A stretch of DNA of 64,000 bases from Candidatus Poribacteria bacterium (GTDB lineage Bacteria > Poribacteria > WGA-4E > WGA-3G): positions 1,463 through 65,462 of the forward strand of contig JAGFCB010000154.1 of NCBI GenBank assembly GCA_022394775.1. The letters run 5' to 3'. The notes beneath the pieces are model-generated. The model searched no databases, had not been told where the DNA came from, and saw only the letters and a list, made by a program, of their open reading frames with translations. Below, one piece after another: positions 1 through 8,778 of this stretch. The first letter of the stretch is position 1. Each line of letters opens with the position of its first letter. The position numbers and the translations under genes are program-made.

Positions 1-763
1 ATTCGCCTTGGTATTTCCAGAAGTTCGGGGTTATCTCTTCTCAGGGTGGGGTCGCAATGAATGGCAACGCAGTCCGCTCTATATTGTGCTAACGCTTGTG
101 CAAGGCGTGAGTGTTCCGATAGCAGTTACGGCGTTCTTTGGTGCCGCTCTGATGCCATCCAATAGGTCCGTGCGTTTTTTACTCTGCTATGCCGGTGTGC
201 CGTTGGTGCTTTTTCTTATCGCATCGCAGCTCCAAAACGTCGCTGGCTATTATCTCTTCTGGACGACCACCGCTTATTTCATCCTCACTGGCGTTGCATG
301 TGAACAGGTGTGGAAGGCGATAGAAGACAGGTCTGGAAAAGTACTCGGTATGTTTGTGCCATGCGTGTTAGTGGTATCGTTGCTTTCACAGTGCTATCTT
401 TACTTTAAAATTGAAAACGGTGGGCGACCGAAATGGCGGGAAGCGTTTGCGGCTATTCAAGGCGAGAAGCAACCTACCGACAAAGTGGTGCTTTCTGAAC
501 CTGAGATGGGTAGGTACTATCTCCCAGAATTGACCCCTGTTTATATCGGTGAGTTGTTAGACAGTCGGGAAGCGTTTGAAAAAGCGTGGGAAACTTCAGG
601 GAAAGATCGGTTATGGTTTGTTGTGGACGTGGCGAGTTTTAATGTCTTCGATGCGAATGAAGATGTCCGCAGTTGGATTCGTCAACGCGGACATCTTGTC
701 CAAACGTTCCCAGCTTTCTCGCGAGCGAAAGACAGGACGATTCATATTTATCTATTGCAGTAG
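1..763 (+). CDS. C-terminal part of a polytopic membrane protein, possibly family-39/ArnT-like glycosyltransferase (5' end outside window)
   Basis: Frame is open from the window edge; the track ORF 8..763 starts at an internal TTG. Several hydrophobic helices are followed by a soluble C-terminal domain. Stop TAG at 761..763. Family assignment is by general resemblance only. Confidence 0.55.
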   Translation, partial: FALVFPEVRGYLFSGWGRNEWQRSPLYIVLTLVQGVSVPIAVTAFFGAALMPSNRSVRFLLCYAGVPLVLFLIASQLQNVAGYYLFWTTTAYFILTGVACEQVWKAIEDRSGKVLGMFVPCVLVVSLLSQCYLYFKIENGGRPKWREAFAAIQGEKQPTDKVVLSEPEMGRYYLPELTPVYIGELLDSREAFEKAWETSGKDRLWFVVDVASFNVFDANEDVRSWIRQRGHLVQTFPAFSRAKDRTIHIYLLQ

Positions 764-800
764 AATACAGCAACAGACAAACACATTTATGGTGTCTGCG

Positions 801-3005
801 TTATATGCCAAATGTATTCGTATACTTTAGTAACACTGTGCGTCCCCTTGTCAATAATTTCCTTGGTATTTTATCTTTTCTGTCCGTGTTGAGATTTTCA
901 TTGTAAACTAACCATAGATCATTCCCTTCACGGAAGTTATATCGAAACCGGATATTTGTTGAGAAGCGATCATTAGCACTATTGTATTGCACAAATGCAT
1001 TCAGAGAGATCTCTGTGTTCACAGCTGCGCGGGTCCGAAGTCGAACGACATGTGCATTAAACCCCTGATTGCGTTCTGGGAAACGGATAACATTGACTTC
1101 ATATTCGCTGCTCATCTCTAAATGTCGGGACACATTCCAAGTCGGTTTAACGCCACATTCGAGTCGCCATCCATCAAAAAAACCGCCGAAAGCCCAATCG
1201 AAATCAGCGCGGAACAATCTTCTACTGGGCATATCAAATTTACCTTTAGCCTCAAAGGTGGTGTAGCTGCCCGCTGGCACTACCGTATCTTTCGGAAAAT
1301 CCTCATCTTCAGGGAGGTCTTCATAATCCATTTGAAAGTCGAGTGCAGCGGCGGCCCCAGATTTCCACTCTATATCTATATCATAATCCAGTTGCGCGGA
1401 TTCGATTGAATTATCTTCATTCCGTAGCACAAAGAATCCCCCGAATTTTAACGGACTCACCTGTCTAATAGAGGTTCCTTTTTTCATGAGCCAATCATAA
1501 CGAGCACTCCATTGCAGCTGAGTGAAATCCTTTCGTTTTGTATATCCAATCCCGGGCAAAAAGTCCTTGCCTCTTCGCGCCACGAGGAGTTCATAATCAA
1601 ATCCAACATCAGTGCGCCTGGTGAGTTCAGCGAGAAACATCGCTGTATCGAAAAAATTGAATGCCTGTTTTCGGATGATTTTATCTTCAAAAGTTTGTCC
1701 CCATTTAAGGGTCAAATATTCTTTTCCAAAGAGTCGCAAAATGCTGTCAACACCATAGGCGAAGTTGTAATTTCCTTCTTCATCTACACGATTCGTTGCC
1801 ATAACACCCGCGTAGGAATACGGATTAAGAACTTGCCGCCGGAGTCGCAGTACTCCGAAGTTTTCAGTGGGGCTCTCTTTTTTCCGTGCGGTTTGCATGT
1901 CAAGAAAACCGAGATCCCAACTTCCGACACGTCCGACAAGTCTCGCGCCAGCAATAATTGGGATTTGTTCATCGTCCCGAATACCGATCCGGCGGCTATG
2001 AAAAAGTCGAGCACGATCAATGAAATTGAAGGCGAAAATCCCGGAACGTTCTTGAAAAAATTGACGTTTCTCTGGGAAAAAGAGTGAAAATCGGCTTAAA
2101 TTAACCTGCTGATCATCCGCTTCTGCTTGAGCAAAGTCAGGATTCAGTGTGGTGTCCAAGGTAAGGTTGCTGGTGACATTATATTTTATATCGAGTCCAA
2201 GATTCCTCGCCAACGCATTTTCGAGATGATAGGCGGTTTTGGTATCGTTTAACGCGGGTGTTTGTTCGAGTCCGCCGATGGCGTAAGGCGTAAAGTAAAC
2301 TGGTTTTTGACTGTAGACTTGATTTAAAACGATAGGATGCGCTCGCGAGGGTGTATCAATTCCGCGCTCCGGAGACAAATCCGGGAAGACAACTCGTTCA
2401 TTTTTCCGGGCAATATTTCGATAAGCGATTAATCCCATGCTCACCCGCCCCGCTTCATCCTGAAAACTTAGACTGGAGAATGGGATACGCATTTCAACGA
2501 ACCATCCCTCTTCATTCTGAACCGTGGCGACATCCCAATAGGTATCCCAGTTTTTATTCTCAGATTTGCCATCATTAAAAACGGCTTCATCGCCGCGAAT
2601 ACCTGCAGGTGTCGTCCAAAATGACAGTGCACTTTTCTTGTCGTTGAAGGTATCAAGAATGATCCCAAATTTATCATCCTTGCTTGACCTGTCCCGATAG
2701 AGCGAGTTTACACGAACCCCAGAGGGGTCGGTATCATAACACCGTGCTGAACAGTAAAGATAATCCTTATCGTAAGCAATTCTGACCTCAGTGCTCTCGG
2801 TGGGTTCGCCCTTATAAATGGGCTTATACATGATCATAGGAAGGGGTTCAATCCGCTGCCATCCGGGTTCGTTGCTTAAGCCGTCAATTTGGATGGATTC
2901 TGTAAAGTGGGTTAAGGGTAGCGGTTCTTGGGCGTTGGCAGCATTCACAGCGGCAGCAAAGATTAGAATTACATACGCCAAAATAGGCTTGGATAAATCT
3001 ATCAT
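801..3005 (-). CDS. secreted protein with N-terminal carbohydrate-binding (CBM9-like) domain and DUF5916-type C-terminal domain
   Basis: 734-aa ORF with N-terminal signal peptide (ILIFAAAVNAANAQE). The IDGxLxEPxW and YDKDYLY-type N-terminal motifs and the long beta-rich C-terminus are typical of the CBM9/DUF5916 family. Confidence 0.7.
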   Translation of the reverse strand: MIDLSKPILAYVILIFAAAVNAANAQEPLPLTHFTESIQIDGLSNEPGWQRIEPLPMIMYKPIYKGEPTESTEVRIAYDKDYLYCSARCYDTDPSGVRVNSLYRDRSSKDDKFGIILDTFNDKKSALSFWTTPAGIRGDEAVFNDGKSENKNWDTYWDVATVQNEEGWFVEMRIPFSSLSFQDEAGRVSMGLIAYRNIARKNERVVFPDLSPERGIDTPSRAHPIVLNQVYSQKPVYFTPYAIGGLEQTPALNDTKTAYHLENALARNLGLDIKYNVTSNLTLDTTLNPDFAQAEADDQQVNLSRFSLFFPEKRQFFQERSGIFAFNFIDRARLFHSRRIGIRDDEQIPIIAGARLVGRVGSWDLGFLDMQTARKKESPTENFGVLRLRRQVLNPYSYAGVMATNRVDEEGNYNFAYGVDSILRLFGKEYLTLKWGQTFEDKIIRKQAFNFFDTAMFLAELTRRTDVGFDYELLVARRGKDFLPGIGYTKRKDFTQLQWSARYDWLMKKGTSIRQVSPLKFGGFFVLRNEDNSIESAQLDYDIDIEWKSGAAAALDFQMDYEDLPEDEDFPKDTVVPAGSYTTFEAKGKFDMPSRRLFRADFDWAFGGFFDGWRLECGVKPTWNVSRHLEMSSEYEVNVIRFPERNQGFNAHVVRLRTRAAVNTEISLNAFVQYNSANDRFSTNIRFRYNFREGNDLWLVYNENLNTDRKDKIPRKLLTRGRTVLLKYTNTFGI

Positions 3006-3020
3006 TTTTCTTTTTAAGCG

Positions 3021-3073
3021 TTATGGAAATAAAACGTGTAGGCGCGCTTCTCATCTGTTTGAAGCGCGCCTAC
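3021..3073 (-). terminator. Rho-independent terminator of the 3094..3822 gene
   Basis: Perfect 13-bp stem gtaggcgcgcttc (3038..3050) / gaagcgcgcctac (3061..3073) with a 10-nt loop. On the minus strand it is followed by ACGTTTTATTTCC. Lies about 20 nt after the stop at 3094. Confidence 0.6.
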
Positions 3074-3093
3074 GGATTGATAGGAAAATATGC

Positions 3094-3822
3094 CTACCAC
3101 CTTCGGGTAAAATTCATTCTACCGGTAAGTCCGGTTTGATCATCATCTTTTTTCGTCTCATACCCGACATATAAGCCGAGTGTGTTATTTTCACCATAAC
3201 CGATGTTCAAACGTCCACCGAAATTGAGAGCCCATAGCGCGCCCTTCTCGCCGAGACCGAGGACGGATTCAAATTGTGGACCGATAGCGATGGTATCGTT
3301 TAAGGCATAGGTAATGTAAGTCCGGTTGTAGAGTTCATTAATACTTTGATCATCAAATATGGTTTTGACTGTGGCGATTGTCCAATGGAAACCGAAGATT
3401 TTACCAGCAGGTAGGATCGCAAAGATTTGCGGGTATAAGGCATAGGGTCCGTCTGGCGTGGTATAATTGAACCCAACGCCGAGCATCGGTGTTAGCAGCA
3501 GTGCCATGCTGTCGTTGGCGATAACAGGGAATGAAATGCCCATGTCAAACTCGCCCAAATGATCATTAACATAGATATTAGAATCAAATGAAATTCCACC
3601 ACTGAGCGGATGGCTTGCCCCAACTAAGAAATAGGTACCGAGACTATCAACATCAATCTGGAACCATCCGGTAATCTTCGGTTTCTCTTCCATCGCTTCG
3701 CCTTCAGTTTCATGGGCATCAGCGAACGCGGTAGAGAAACTGATAATAGACATTCCACATATAAGTATTACGATAGCAGCTAGCCGAAAAAGACTGTTAA
3801 AAGGCTGTGTACAAGTGTTCAT
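3094..3822 (-). CDS. hypothetical secreted protein, possibly an outer-membrane beta-barrel
   Basis: 242-aa ORF with a hydrophobic signal-like N-terminus (AAIVILICGMSIISFSTAFA), alternating beta-strand-like pattern, and aromatic C-terminal residue (..FTRRW). No family recognised. Confidence 0.6.
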   Translation of the reverse strand: MNTCTQPFNSLFRLAAIVILICGMSIISFSTAFADAHETEGEAMEEKPKITGWFQIDVDSLGTYFLVGASHPLSGGISFDSNIYVNDHLGEFDMGISFPVIANDSMALLLTPMLGVGFNYTTPDGPYALYPQIFAILPAGKIFGFHWTIATVKTIFDDQSINELYNRTYITYALNDTIAIGPQFESVLGLGEKGALWALNFGGRLNIGYGENNTLGLYVGYETKKDDDQTGLTGRMNFTRRW

Positions 3823-3848
3823 AAAAATCTCCTTAATGGTTATCAGTT

Positions 3849-3901
3849 TTAACCATCAACTCGTGCTTTAACACTTATACCGGAGGCGAGTTGATGGTTA
3901 A
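3849..3901. repeat. perfect 15-bp inverted repeat with 23-nt spacer
   Basis: ttaaccatcaactcg (3849..3863) pairs with cgagttgatggttaa (3887..3901). An extra atggtta (3835..3841) can pair alternatively with taaccat (3850..3856). Located between the trpF stop and the 3822 start. Confidence 0.6.
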
Positions 3902-3966
3902 GGTTAAGAGATGGCTGTTGAACCAGAGTTCGCTTTAATCGACGACTGGTAACTGATCGCTATTTT

Positions 3967-4656
3967 TCAATTGGCTTGTTCGATCTGTTCCATCAGTTGT
4001 ACCAATTTATGAGGATCTTTAACACCTTTCGATGCTTCGACACCGGAACAGAGATCTATACCGTGCGGACGGATCGTTTCAATAGCAGCTTTGACGTTCT
4101 CTGGACGAATCCCACCTGCAAAGAATACCGGTAGGGGGCTTTCAGTGATTAGCTCAGCGGCGACATTCCAATCACAAGTTTTGCCTGTGCCGCCGTATCT
4201 CGGTTTCTCACCACTCAGATCCACGCTATCGAATAGAAGAAAATCCGCACCCGCATCGCGATAGGCTTGCATCTCAGCCTGGACAGCAGTCATATCCACA
4301 TTCTCTGGACTGCCAGCAGGTAGATAGACAGATTTCCAGAGTTGACATGTCACAGCACGTTTCAGTGCTTCAACCTGTTGTGGCGACTCCTGTCCGAGGA
4401 GTTGAACAGCAGACGGTTGAATTTGTGACACGGCCTCTCGGATGTCAGATGTTGTGCGGTTATATAGCAAAAGTACGGTGGGGATAGGGCTCTCGGTCGC
4501 GATTTCGACGGCTTGTGCAGTGGAGCGCGTTCGTTCGGACACAGCAACATCAACCAATACACCGGCGTAATCTGCGCCTGCGTCAGCGGCGAGTCGTGCA
4601 TCATGGATAGAGGTTATGCCACAGATTTTGACACTGCAGCGGGATTCTTTGGACAT
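3967..4656 (-). CDS. trpF: phosphoribosylanthranilate isomerase
   Basis: N-terminal VKICGIT motif, length about 229 aa, (beta/alpha)8 TrpF pattern (..FAGGIRPENV..). Confidence 0.9.
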   Translation of the reverse strand: MSKESRCSVKICGITSIHDARLAADAGADYAGVLVDVAVSERTRSTAQAVEIATESPIPTVLLLYNRTTSDIREAVSQIQPSAVQLLGQESPQQVEALKRAVTCQLWKSVYLPAGSPENVDMTAVQAEMQAYRDAGADFLLFDSVDLSGEKPRYGGTGKTCDWNVAAELITESPLPVFFAGGIRPENVKAAIETIRPHGIDLCSGVEASKGVKDPHKLVQLMEQIEQAN

Positions 4657-4782
4657 CTTTTAATTTACCTTGCGGTTAAATGGAGTGGATTGAAACTTTG
4701 GCGTTCTTTTCTCAAATCCGCTCTCCATTTCATTACGAGCTACGCGCCGAGGAAATGTGTAAATCCTATTAATTATCCCTTG

Positions 4783-4862
4783 CGTAGGATAAGATCGGGA
4801 TTACAAATCCCTCCTACAAATTGATAGAATCGGATCGGGATTACAAATCCCTCCTACAAATA
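4783..4862 (-). repeat. two tandem copies (period 40 bp) of a REP-like GTAG-hairpin element
   Basis: The exact 29-mer gatcgggattacaaatccctcctacaaat occurs at 4793..4821 and 4833..4861. On the minus strand it reads TTTGTAGGAG-GGATTTGTAATCC-CGATC (GGGATT/AATCCC stem). Lies between the cupin stop and the trpF start. Confidence 0.8.
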
Positions 4863-4868
4863 CCCTGC

Positions 4869-5228
4869 TTACTCTTCAAAGACGGTTTGGCGATCAGCAT
4901 CCGAATAACAGATAATCATTGTCACAGGTTGCCAACCGGTGTTGACGGCGTTATGTTTGACGTTGCGTGGAATCCGCAACATCATCCCTGGTCTGAGCGG
5001 GATGACTTCATCTCCCAATTTGTGGTCGCACTCACCGGAAAGCACATAGATGAGTTCTTCACAGTTCGGATGGTAGTGCGTAGGATTCCCTTCGCCAGCG
5101 TTAATGTAGACGACTCCGAAAGTCATCTCGGCTTCCGGATCAATCTGATCATTGCAGAGCCATTTAATCGCGCCCCACGGAAATTCAAGGGCACCTGCAT
5201 CGTTGCTATTAGTTAAGGTTATTTCCAT
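4869..5228 (-). CDS. cupin domain protein
   Basis: Cupin motifs G(x)5HxH (GEGNPTHYHPNCEE) and a second motif (PRNVKHNAVN). Start chosen at ATG 5228 (MEITLTN..), preceded by AAAGGAA; the longer track ORF to 5318 has no RBS. Confidence 0.8.
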   Translation of the reverse strand: MEITLTNSNDAGALEFPWGAIKWLCNDQIDPEAEMTFGVVYINAGEGNPTHYHPNCEELIYVLSGECDHKLGDEVIPLRPGMMLRIPRNVKHNAVNTGWQPVTMIICYSDADRQTVFEE

Positions 5229-5234
5229 AACGAT

Positions 5235-5341
5235 TTCCTTTCTCTCTTCCGAATTTATAGTAAAACCTGCAATTAACGAGACATCCAGAGAAGGCTGGGT
5301 TCCAAACCCAGCCTGCATTGACTTCCTTTCTCTCTTCCGAA
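5235..5341. repeat. hairpin element flanked by exact 19-bp direct repeats
   Basis: ttcctttctctcttccgaa occurs at 5235..5253 and 5323..5341. The 69 bp between contain the hairpin ggctgggt-tccaa-acccagcc (5293..5313), followed by tgc. Confidence 0.75.
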
Positions 5342-5346
5342 CTTAA

Positions 5347-6183
5347 TCATATCTCAAAACAAACCAAACGTTGTGTCGCATAATCTCGTAAACCCACCGT
5401 CGGTTTTTCTTGGAGATAGCCGACAGGTGCACAAATAGCTCGCAGATTGCGAATTTGCATATCCAGTGCCTGATGCGTATGCCCAAAGAGGGCATGTGTG
5501 ACACGCTGTTCCTCCAAACAGATATCACCAAGGCGTTTACTTCCCATGAATGCGCGAAAGAAATCCCACGGCAATTCACCTCGGTATTGGATACACTCCT
5601 GAAAAGGAACGTGGTGCGTAACAACAATGATCCTCGATACTTCGTCTCGGACGGAGGCAACCTGTGCGTTGAGTTCTGCCTCAAAACGTCCCGCAATAAC
5701 AGGATCCGTATCCGACCATTTCGCATACCGCTTATCATTCCAGACCGCGCCCATCAATTCTTTTTCGGCATATTGGGCATCAGAGAAGTCATATCCATCC
5801 GGTGCGAAACTATAATCGTACCAACCGATAGTTCCACAGAAACCGATCTGCTCCTTGATAAAGGGTTGCTCCGTGAGCGGATGAAACCCACACTCATAAC
5901 AGAGTGTTGAAATAATCTCACATTTCTGTTCACTTGTGACATCGGGTGTTTCAATTGCCCAGATGTCATGGTTGCCGGGAACAAACAATTTCTCACACGC
6001 TAAATCTGCAAGCTGAAATGCGTTAAGTGTTTCAGAGAGTTGAACCAAATGGCGGGCGAGATCACCTGCAAGCACAAAAACATCAAGTTGTGCCGCCTTT
6101 ACCGCATCAATAAGATGCGGAACAATTGCTCTGTTCAAAGGCGTAACGTCTGTGTGTAAGTCTGAAATGAGTCCAATTTTCAT
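5347..6183 (-). CDS. metallophosphoesterase (calcineurin-like)
   Basis: MKIGLISDLHTD.., ..LAGDL.., ..GNHD.. and ..GHTH.. motifs. Start at ATG 6183 (GGAG upstream); an alternative upstream ATG is at 6219. Confidence 0.85.
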   Translation of the reverse strand: MKIGLISDLHTDVTPLNRAIVPHLIDAVKAAQLDVFVLAGDLARHLVQLSETLNAFQLADLACEKLFVPGNHDIWAIETPDVTSEQKCEIISTLCYECGFHPLTEQPFIKEQIGFCGTIGWYDYSFAPDGYDFSDAQYAEKELMGAVWNDKRYAKWSDTDPVIAGRFEAELNAQVASVRDEVSRIIVVTHHVPFQECIQYRGELPWDFFRAFMGSKRLGDICLEEQRVTHALFGHTHQALDMQIRNLRAICAPVGYLQEKPTVGLRDYATQRLVCFEI

Positions 6184-6220
6184 TAGCAGCCTACACTCCG
6201 TTAGCGAGCCTCCGGACAAA

Positions 6221-7654
6221 TTACATTGATTTCTGCGTTAAATTTTTGAAGACTTCATCCAAAAAAATGCGGATACCGCTGTCATCGTCATCTTGGTACT
6301 GTTGACGCTGGCGCTCAAGTGCTTGTATTGAAGGTGCATCACCGATTTGGGCAATTGCATCAACAAGCGTGAGCTGAATTGCGGATTCACTGGTGTTTTC
6401 CAACGCCTTAATGAGCCGATCCCGTGCCTGAACACCACCGATCCCGCCGAGGGCAGAGGCGGCGATGTCTTGCGTGCTGGTATCCCCACTTTCAAAAGCA
6501 GCAATAAGTGCCTCAACAGCGGGTTCACCAATTTGCCTAAGTGTTACGCCTGCTTGGAAACGGATGCCAGGGATTTCTGTCGGATTTTCGAGAACAGCGA
6601 TGAGCGCATCAATCGCAGAAACCGGCTTAAGCGTTCCGAGTATAGCGAGACAGGCACGCCGAATTTCTTGCTCCGGTTCCACCTTGATCTGAATGTATTC
6701 CTGAGCGAGTTCTGCAAGTTGCCCTTCGTTAATTTTCTGGTAAAGCGCCTCAGATCTATGTCTGAACTGCGTTCCGAATGGGGCTTTAAGGGTAGCAGTG
6801 TTTTCAACGCGATCCACGATAAGTAAGCCAAGGATCCCAGCGGATTCAAGCTGCTGTGCCTGAAGGCTATCGGCAGGAAGTTGGTTTACATTGGCACGTT
6901 GAAACTGCTGGAAGAGTTCGTTGAGAACGCTCAGTTCAACGAGACGTTGTAAACTGCTAATTGATGCCTTTCTGAGCGAAAGTTCTGTACTGTTTCTGAA
7001 AATATCCACCAACGGTTCGATTGCTCGGACATCTCCCAAATCGCCAAGTGCGCTCACAGCGGCAATTTTCACACCTATCAATTCAGTGGTTCGGAATTTA
7101 ACGGACTGTTTAGAGAGTTCTCCGATCGTTTTTTTATAATCATCAAGGCTGTAAATTTTACGTTCGTCAACAATCTTTTCAACAACGTCGCCCACCTGAA
7201 TATCAGCGTTCGCGGCAGGGGTTCCCGGACGAATATCTTCAACGCGCACGGTGCCATTGCCTGTTACACTCAATCCAACTTTATCGCCTTGTCTACGGAG
7301 AGAGATGCGAAGTGGCGGTTTATCTTTTAAATGAAGGATAAGGTTATTGTCTTCATCTAACCCGCTTTTCAGTGCCTTGTTAAAGTCGCCAGGGCTTCGG
7401 ATCGGATATTCTGCGATAACATAAGAGATGAGTTCGCCCCTCTCAAGTTGCGCCTTATCTGCGGGTCCATTTGGCGTAGTTTCTAAGACGACAACTCCAC
7501 TCGTCGACCAACGGTCTTTGAGGTCGCTGTCCAGCTGTTGCACTTGCATTTCCAAATGTTCATCGTAATATTGATTGTCGCAGCCGAGTCCGACGATTAC
7601 AGCCAAAAGCGGCACGATAAACATCAAGTAGTGAAGTTTGTCGAACCTGTTCAT
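6221..7654 (-). CDS. lipoprotein with two PDZ domains and C-terminal HEAT (PBS-lyase-like) repeats
   Basis: Lipobox VGLGC after a signal peptide. PDZ-like GPADKAQLERGELI and GTPAANADIQVGDVV. Repeated ALGxLGDxRAIEPL-type HEAT motifs. ATG 7654 is preceded by GGAAGGAG; the track ORF extends to 7669. Confidence 0.75.
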   Translation of the reverse strand: MNRFDKLHYLMFIVPLLAVIVGLGCDNQYYDEHLEMQVQQLDSDLKDRWSTSGVVVLETTPNGPADKAQLERGELISYVIAEYPIRSPGDFNKALKSGLDEDNNLILHLKDKPPLRISLRRQGDKVGLSVTGNGTVRVEDIRPGTPAANADIQVGDVVEKIVDERKIYSLDDYKKTIGELSKQSVKFRTTELIGVKIAAVSALGDLGDVRAIEPLVDIFRNSTELSLRKASISSLQRLVELSVLNELFQQFQRANVNQLPADSLQAQQLESAGILGLLIVDRVENTATLKAPFGTQFRHRSEALYQKINEGQLAELAQEYIQIKVEPEQEIRRACLAILGTLKPVSAIDALIAVLENPTEIPGIRFQAGVTLRQIGEPAVEALIAAFESGDTSTQDIAASALGGIGGVQARDRLIKALENTSESAIQLTLVDAIAQIGDAPSIQALERQRQQYQDDDDSGIRIFLDEVFKNLTQKSM

Positions 7655-7699
7655 TTTTCTCCTTCCCATTTGCTACAAGGTTTCGGTTTATAAGGTGCG

Positions 7700-7723
7700 C
7701 CGAAAAGTGCGAGTCCGACTCGC
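7700..7723 (-). terminator. possible terminator after the 7727..8611 gene
   Basis: Stem gcgagt (7709..7714) / actcgc (7718..7723) with a 3-nt loop. On the minus strand it is followed by ACTTTTCGG. Short stem, so weak. Confidence 0.35.
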
Positions 7724-7726
7724 GAT

Positions 7727-8611
7727 TTAATTCAGAGGAATAACAACATCCCGACTGCTCTGTTCTTGCAAAGCGTCTAAGAGCGGCTCCACAACTTTTT
7801 CGTCGCCGAGGACTGCTAAGGCGCGGATCGCATCAACGCGCAGTGATGATCCTTTGTTTTCCACAATTTTGACTAACTCAGGCACAGCAGCCCCGCCGAT
7901 TTTTCCGAGGGCTTCCACAGCGAGTTGACGGACTTCAGGTTCTTCTCGGTCGCGTTTCCACTTAGCGGATCCGGATTCAATGCGCGCGGCGAGTGCTGGA
8001 ATAGCGGCTTCACTTCCAACTTCCCCGAGTGCCTTGACAACATTCAAACGGGTTTCGGTGCGTCTGTGTTCCAGAAGCTTCACAAGGATCGGTACAATCG
8101 TGTTTGGGTCATCTTTGCCAAGGTGTCCAAGGACCCAATGCGCATTATGCCTATCGCGATTGTCACTCGACTTAATCGCCTTTTGAAGTTGACTGAGGAG
8201 CCGTTTCTGGTCTCCTTGTTTATAAACGCGTTTTAGGGCATCAAGCGCGGCGTTTTGGATATCCAAGTCATCATCACGGAGCGTCTCAAAAACGAGTCTC
8301 TCAAGATATTTACTTTTTTCTTCTTGATAAGCAAGGAACATCTGTTTGCCGCGTTCAGTAATCGATGCCTCTTCCCAATCAGCCGTATTCGGCTCGTAAA
8401 ATTCCTGAGAGTTATAGAGCCCGAGCAAATAATATGCTTCAGCGTTATCAATCTTCTGTTGAAGTGCAAGTTTAAATTCCCGGACAGCGCGTTCTTCTTT
8501 ACGCCGTTTATCCGATTTAATCAATTCTTTGCCCTTCGCGAGGTTCTCGTTCTGGGTGCCGCAGCCAACACCAAAAAGGACGAGTACAAAAACAAGCCAT
8601 ATTTTCTTCAT
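7727..8611 (-). CDS. HEAT-repeat lipoprotein
   Basis: Start ATG 8611 (MKKIWLVFVLVLFGVGCG, lipobox) is preceded by AGGGGA. C-terminal repeats VVKALGEVGSEAAIPAL and AVEALGKIGGAAVPEL. Confidence 0.75.
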   Translation of the reverse strand: MKKIWLVFVLVLFGVGCGTQNENLAKGKELIKSDKRRKEERAVREFKLALQQKIDNAEAYYLLGLYNSQEFYEPNTADWEEASITERGKQMFLAYQEEKSKYLERLVFETLRDDDLDIQNAALDALKRVYKQGDQKRLLSQLQKAIKSSDNRDRHNAHWVLGHLGKDDPNTIVPILVKLLEHRRTETRLNVVKALGEVGSEAAIPALAARIESGSAKWKRDREEPEVRQLAVEALGKIGGAAVPELVKIVENKGSSLRVDAIRALAVLGDEKVVEPLLDALQEQSSRDVVIPLN

Positions 8612-8778
8612 ATTCAATTCCCCTATGAGGTTAGCGCGAGAGCTGCTTGCCTTTCCACTGGAGGTGCTTGCAAATTCACCTGTTTGTAGGCACAATTCAG
8701 GGATGCGCGCCATCTAAAGCGAAGCACCTCACAAAGTGCGCCTACAACAAAGTGAAATGCATAAGTTTTCCTAATATT

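Noticed and set aside
1512-2087. 191-aa plus-strand ORF (and neighbours 1069..1409 and 2351..2578) inside the DUF5916 gene region
   Set aside because: It is entirely antisense to a 734-aa ORF with a signal peptide and recognisable domains. It has no RBS and low-complexity translation, so it is a shadow ORF.
4783-4862. Possible mini CRISPR array (29-nt repeat with 11-nt spacer)
   Set aside because: There are only two copies, the spacer is far too short, and no cas genes are present. The repeat is a hairpin with a GTAG flank, so a REP-like element fits better.
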